Below are positions 61,656 to 64,000 of a DNA stretch of 64,000 nt, one piece after another; position 1 is the stretch's first letter, and each line of letters opens with the position of its first letter. The position numbers and the translations under genes are program-made. Location: positions 3,110,305 to 3,174,304 of the forward strand of contig CBDCNM010000002.1 in assembly GCA_965219385.1 (NCBI GenBank), in the 5' to 3' direction. Origin of the DNA: Candidatus Latescibacterota bacterium. Its GTDB lineage: Bacteria > Latescibacterota > UBA2968 > UBA8231. The notes beneath the pieces are model-generated. The model ran no database searches. It had not been told where the DNA came from and saw only the letters and a program-made list of their open reading frames with translations.

Positions 61656-61670
61656 AACAGACGGACCTCT

Positions 61671-61830
61671 ATGACAAATTTCAGAACTCAAGTCCCAGCC
61701 AAAGTTGCCGCAGAAATCCTGTTTGCCTGCGACACCACGTGCTGCATCTGTGGAGAGCGAGGTAAGGCCGTTCAGATACACCATCTAGATGATGATCCAA
61801 GTAACCATAGGATTGGCAATCTTTCAGTTC
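61671..61830 (+). pseudogene. HNH endonuclease cassette gene, truncated by IS66 relic
   Basis: CCIC...QIHHLDDDPSNH..GNL, cut at GTAACCATTCAC. Confidence 0.75.
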
Positions 61831-62347
61831 GTAACCATTCACAGATTTCCTGCTTGACATCTGTCCTTTGCTGTTCGATTCTTAACTCATGTCGCCTTGT
61901 GCTGCCGATCCCAACTGTCCTAGCTGCGCCGTCCTGCGCGCTGAAGTGGCTGTACTACAACAGCAGCTACAGCAGATGCAAGCCCAAATCGACGCGCTGG
62001 AGCAGGCCTTAGCTCAGACGCAAGAGGCGCTGGCTGGGACGCAAAAGAATTCGTCCACGAGTTCCACCAAGCCGCCTTCCTCCGATATCGTCAAGCCGCC
62101 CAAGCCCAGGTCCAAGAAAGGCTGCAATCGTCGTCAGGGCGGCCAGCCAGGCCATGCCAACTATGAGCGGACCTTCCGGCTGGAAGAAGCGGATGTCGTG
62201 CACGCGCACACCCTGGATCGGTATCCGCGCTGTGCGGATCAGTCCCTGATTCGCTGCGTCGAAGACGACCCTTTCCAGGCCCGAGATAGAATTCGTGGAA
62301 TGCGAAAAAACAAGCAGGTTATTGACATATCCGGCTGTGTTCATTAG
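61831..62347 (+). mobile_element. IS66-family element relic (left end plus transposase N-terminus)
   Basis: Begins GTAACCATTCAC; ORF 61889..62347 with coiled coil, 'NSSTSSTKPPSSD', 'GGQPGH'; no DDE domain; right boundary uncertain. Confidence 0.75.
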
Positions 62348-62403
62348 CATAACAAGGACAAATCTTCCAGCGCAGATCCAATAACCTAAGGAGTTCAGAG
62401 AAA

Positions 62404-64000
62404 ATGGGTGATGTAGAGTTGACCTATCCCGATTTCACCAGCGACGGCAAGTACAAAGTCATCGGCACCCGCCCCGTGCGCCACGACGGTGTCGACAAGG
62501 TCACCGGCCGCGCCATATACGGCGGCGATGTCAGGCTCCCGGACCTGCTCTACGGCAAGGTCCTGCGCAGCCCCCATCCCCACGCCCGCATCGTTTCCAT
62601 CGACACCAGCAAGGCCTTCGAACTGCCGGGAGTGCGCGCCGTGGCCACCGCCGACGATCTGGTCGAAACCGTGGACCAGATGTCGGATATCGGCGAGACC
62701 CACGTCAACATCCGCGAACTGGCCCAGAATTCCCTGGCTTCCGACAAGGTCCTCTACAAGGGCCACGCCGTGGCGGCCGTAGCCGCTACCAGCGCGCACA
62801 TCGCCGAAGAAGCCCTGGACCTGATCGAGGTGGTCTACGAACCCCTGCCCGCCGTGGTCGACGTGCGCCAGGCCATGCAGGAAGGCGCCCCGCTCCTGGA
62901 CGAGAACCGCAAGACCCGTTCCTTAGGCGAGGACGAGGACAGACCCAGCAACATCGCCAGCCACAACCAGCACGATATAGGCGATATCGACAAAGGCTTT
63001 GAAGAGGCCGACGTGGTGGTCGAGCGCGAGTTTACCACGGCCACCGTGCACCAGGGCTACATCGAGCCCCACAACACCACGGTACTGTGGAAGAAGGACG
63101 GTAGTGTCACGGTCTGGGTCAGCACCCAGGGCCCCTTCGATATCCGCACCCAGGTTGCCCAGGTGCTGCAGGTGCCCATCTCCAAGGTCAAGGTGATTCC
63201 CTGCGAGATCGGCGGCGGCTTTGGCGGCAAGTTCCCCATCTACATGGAGCCGGCGGCCGCGGTCATGTCGCACAAGACCGGGCATCCGGTCAAGATGGTG
63301 ATGAGCCGCACCGAGGTCTTCGAGGGCACCGGGCCGGGGCCAGGCTCCTATATCCGCTGTAAAATGGGGGCGACCAAAGATGGCAGGATCGTCGCGGCCT
63401 ATGCCTATATGGCCTACGAAGCCGGGGCTTATCCAGGCTCGGCCGTGGGGGCCGGAGCCGCGTGCATGTTCTCACCCTACGACATCGAAAACGTCCGCAT
63501 TGACGCCTTCGACGTGGTGGTCAACAAGCCCAAGTCCAGCGCCTACCGGGCCCCGGGCGCGCCCAACGCGGCCTTTGCCTCCGAGAGCGTGCTCGACGAG
63601 ATCGCCGAACAACTGGACGTGGACCCGCTGGAGCTGCGCCGCAAGAATTCCTCTCGCGAGGGCACCCGGCGTTCGGACGGCACGATCTACAATAAAATCG
63701 GCTGTGAGGAGACGGTCGAAGCCGCCTTGCAGAACCAGCACTACAAGAGCGAACTGAAGGGTCCCCACCGCGGCCGGGGCGTGGCCTCGGGCTTCTGGTT
63801 CAACGGCGGCGGCCAGTCCGTGGCCACCCTCAGCGTCAATCCCAACGGCACCGTCAACCTGGTCGAAGGTTCGGTGGACATCGGCGGCACCCGCGCGGCC
63901 ATGGCCATGATCGTGGCCGAGGAGCTGGGGTTGCAGGCCGAGGACGTCAACCCGATGGTGGTCGACACCGATTCTATCGGCCACACCGACGGCACCGGCG
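62404..64000 (+). CDS. Xanthine dehydrogenase family molybdopterin-binding subunit, partial
   Basis: AAGGAG RBS; DKVTGRAIY, LRSPHPHARI, HQGYIEP, IGGGFGGK, AYRAPG; runs off the window. Confidence 0.92.
   Translation, partial: MGDVELTYPDFTSDGKYKVIGTRPVRHDGVDKVTGRAIYGGDVRLPDLLYGKVLRSPHPHARIVSIDTSKAFELPGVRAVATADDLVETVDQMSDIGETHVNIRELAQNSLASDKVLYKGHAVAAVAATSAHIAEEALDLIEVVYEPLPAVVDVRQAMQEGAPLLDENRKTRSLGEDEDRPSNIASHNQHDIGDIDKGFEEADVVVEREFTTATVHQGYIEPHNTTVLWKKDGSVTVWVSTQGPFDIRTQVAQVLQVPISKVKVIPCEIGGGFGGKFPIYMEPAAAVMSHKTGHPVKMVMSRTEVFEGTGPGPGSYIRCKMGATKDGRIVAAYAYMAYEAGAYPGSAVGAGAACMFSPYDIENVRIDAFDVVVNKPKSSAYRAPGAPNAAFASESVLDEIAEQLDVDPLELRRKNSSREGTRRSDGTIYNKIGCEETVEAALQNQHYKSELKGPHRGRGVASGFWFNGGGQSVATLSVNPNGTVNLVEGSVDIGGTRAAMAMIVAEELGLQAEDVNPMVVDTDSIGHTDGTG

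Noticed and set aside
61831..62012. C-terminal half of the 120-aa HNH ORF
   Set aside because: Read-through into IS66 sequence, not native coding
1..64000. tRNA, rRNA, riboswitch, integron integrase, prophage genes
   Set aside because: None recognised by eye; covariance-model searches would be needed to exclude small RNAs

Overview
High-GC bacterial window. About 1-55.6 kb is a dense catabolic/accessory-metabolism region: 8 PhyH-type Fe(II)/2-oxoglutarate dioxygenases (two with HxG instead of HxD at the expected iron motif, one frameshifted), 4 SDRs, 2 luciferase-like monooxygenases, 2 HpcH aldolases, amidohydrolases, TIM-barrel glycoside-hydrolase-like proteins, Asp-box/propeller proteins, tdh-kbl, trxB and a CnbZ-like deaminase. 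It is interspersed with many gene relics, two copies of a small MITE-like element, and a decayed secreted-protein island (24-29.3 kb) split by an IS701-like element. About 56.4-62.4 kb is a more AT-rich mobile patch: IS91 relic, an IS701-like element inserted between the RBS and ATG of a DUF262 (GmrSD-like) gene, a clear integron attC site, an HNH cassette cut by an IS66 relic. The window ends in a xanthine-dehydrogenase-family molybdoenzyme subunit. The PhyH expansion and C-terminal 'TA(V/I)xxxSWGxLK' tails suggest a Latescibacterota/Poribacteria-like organism (inference only). No rRNA, tRNA, CRISPR array or integron integrase was recognised. All product calls come from motifs read by eye, not database searches.
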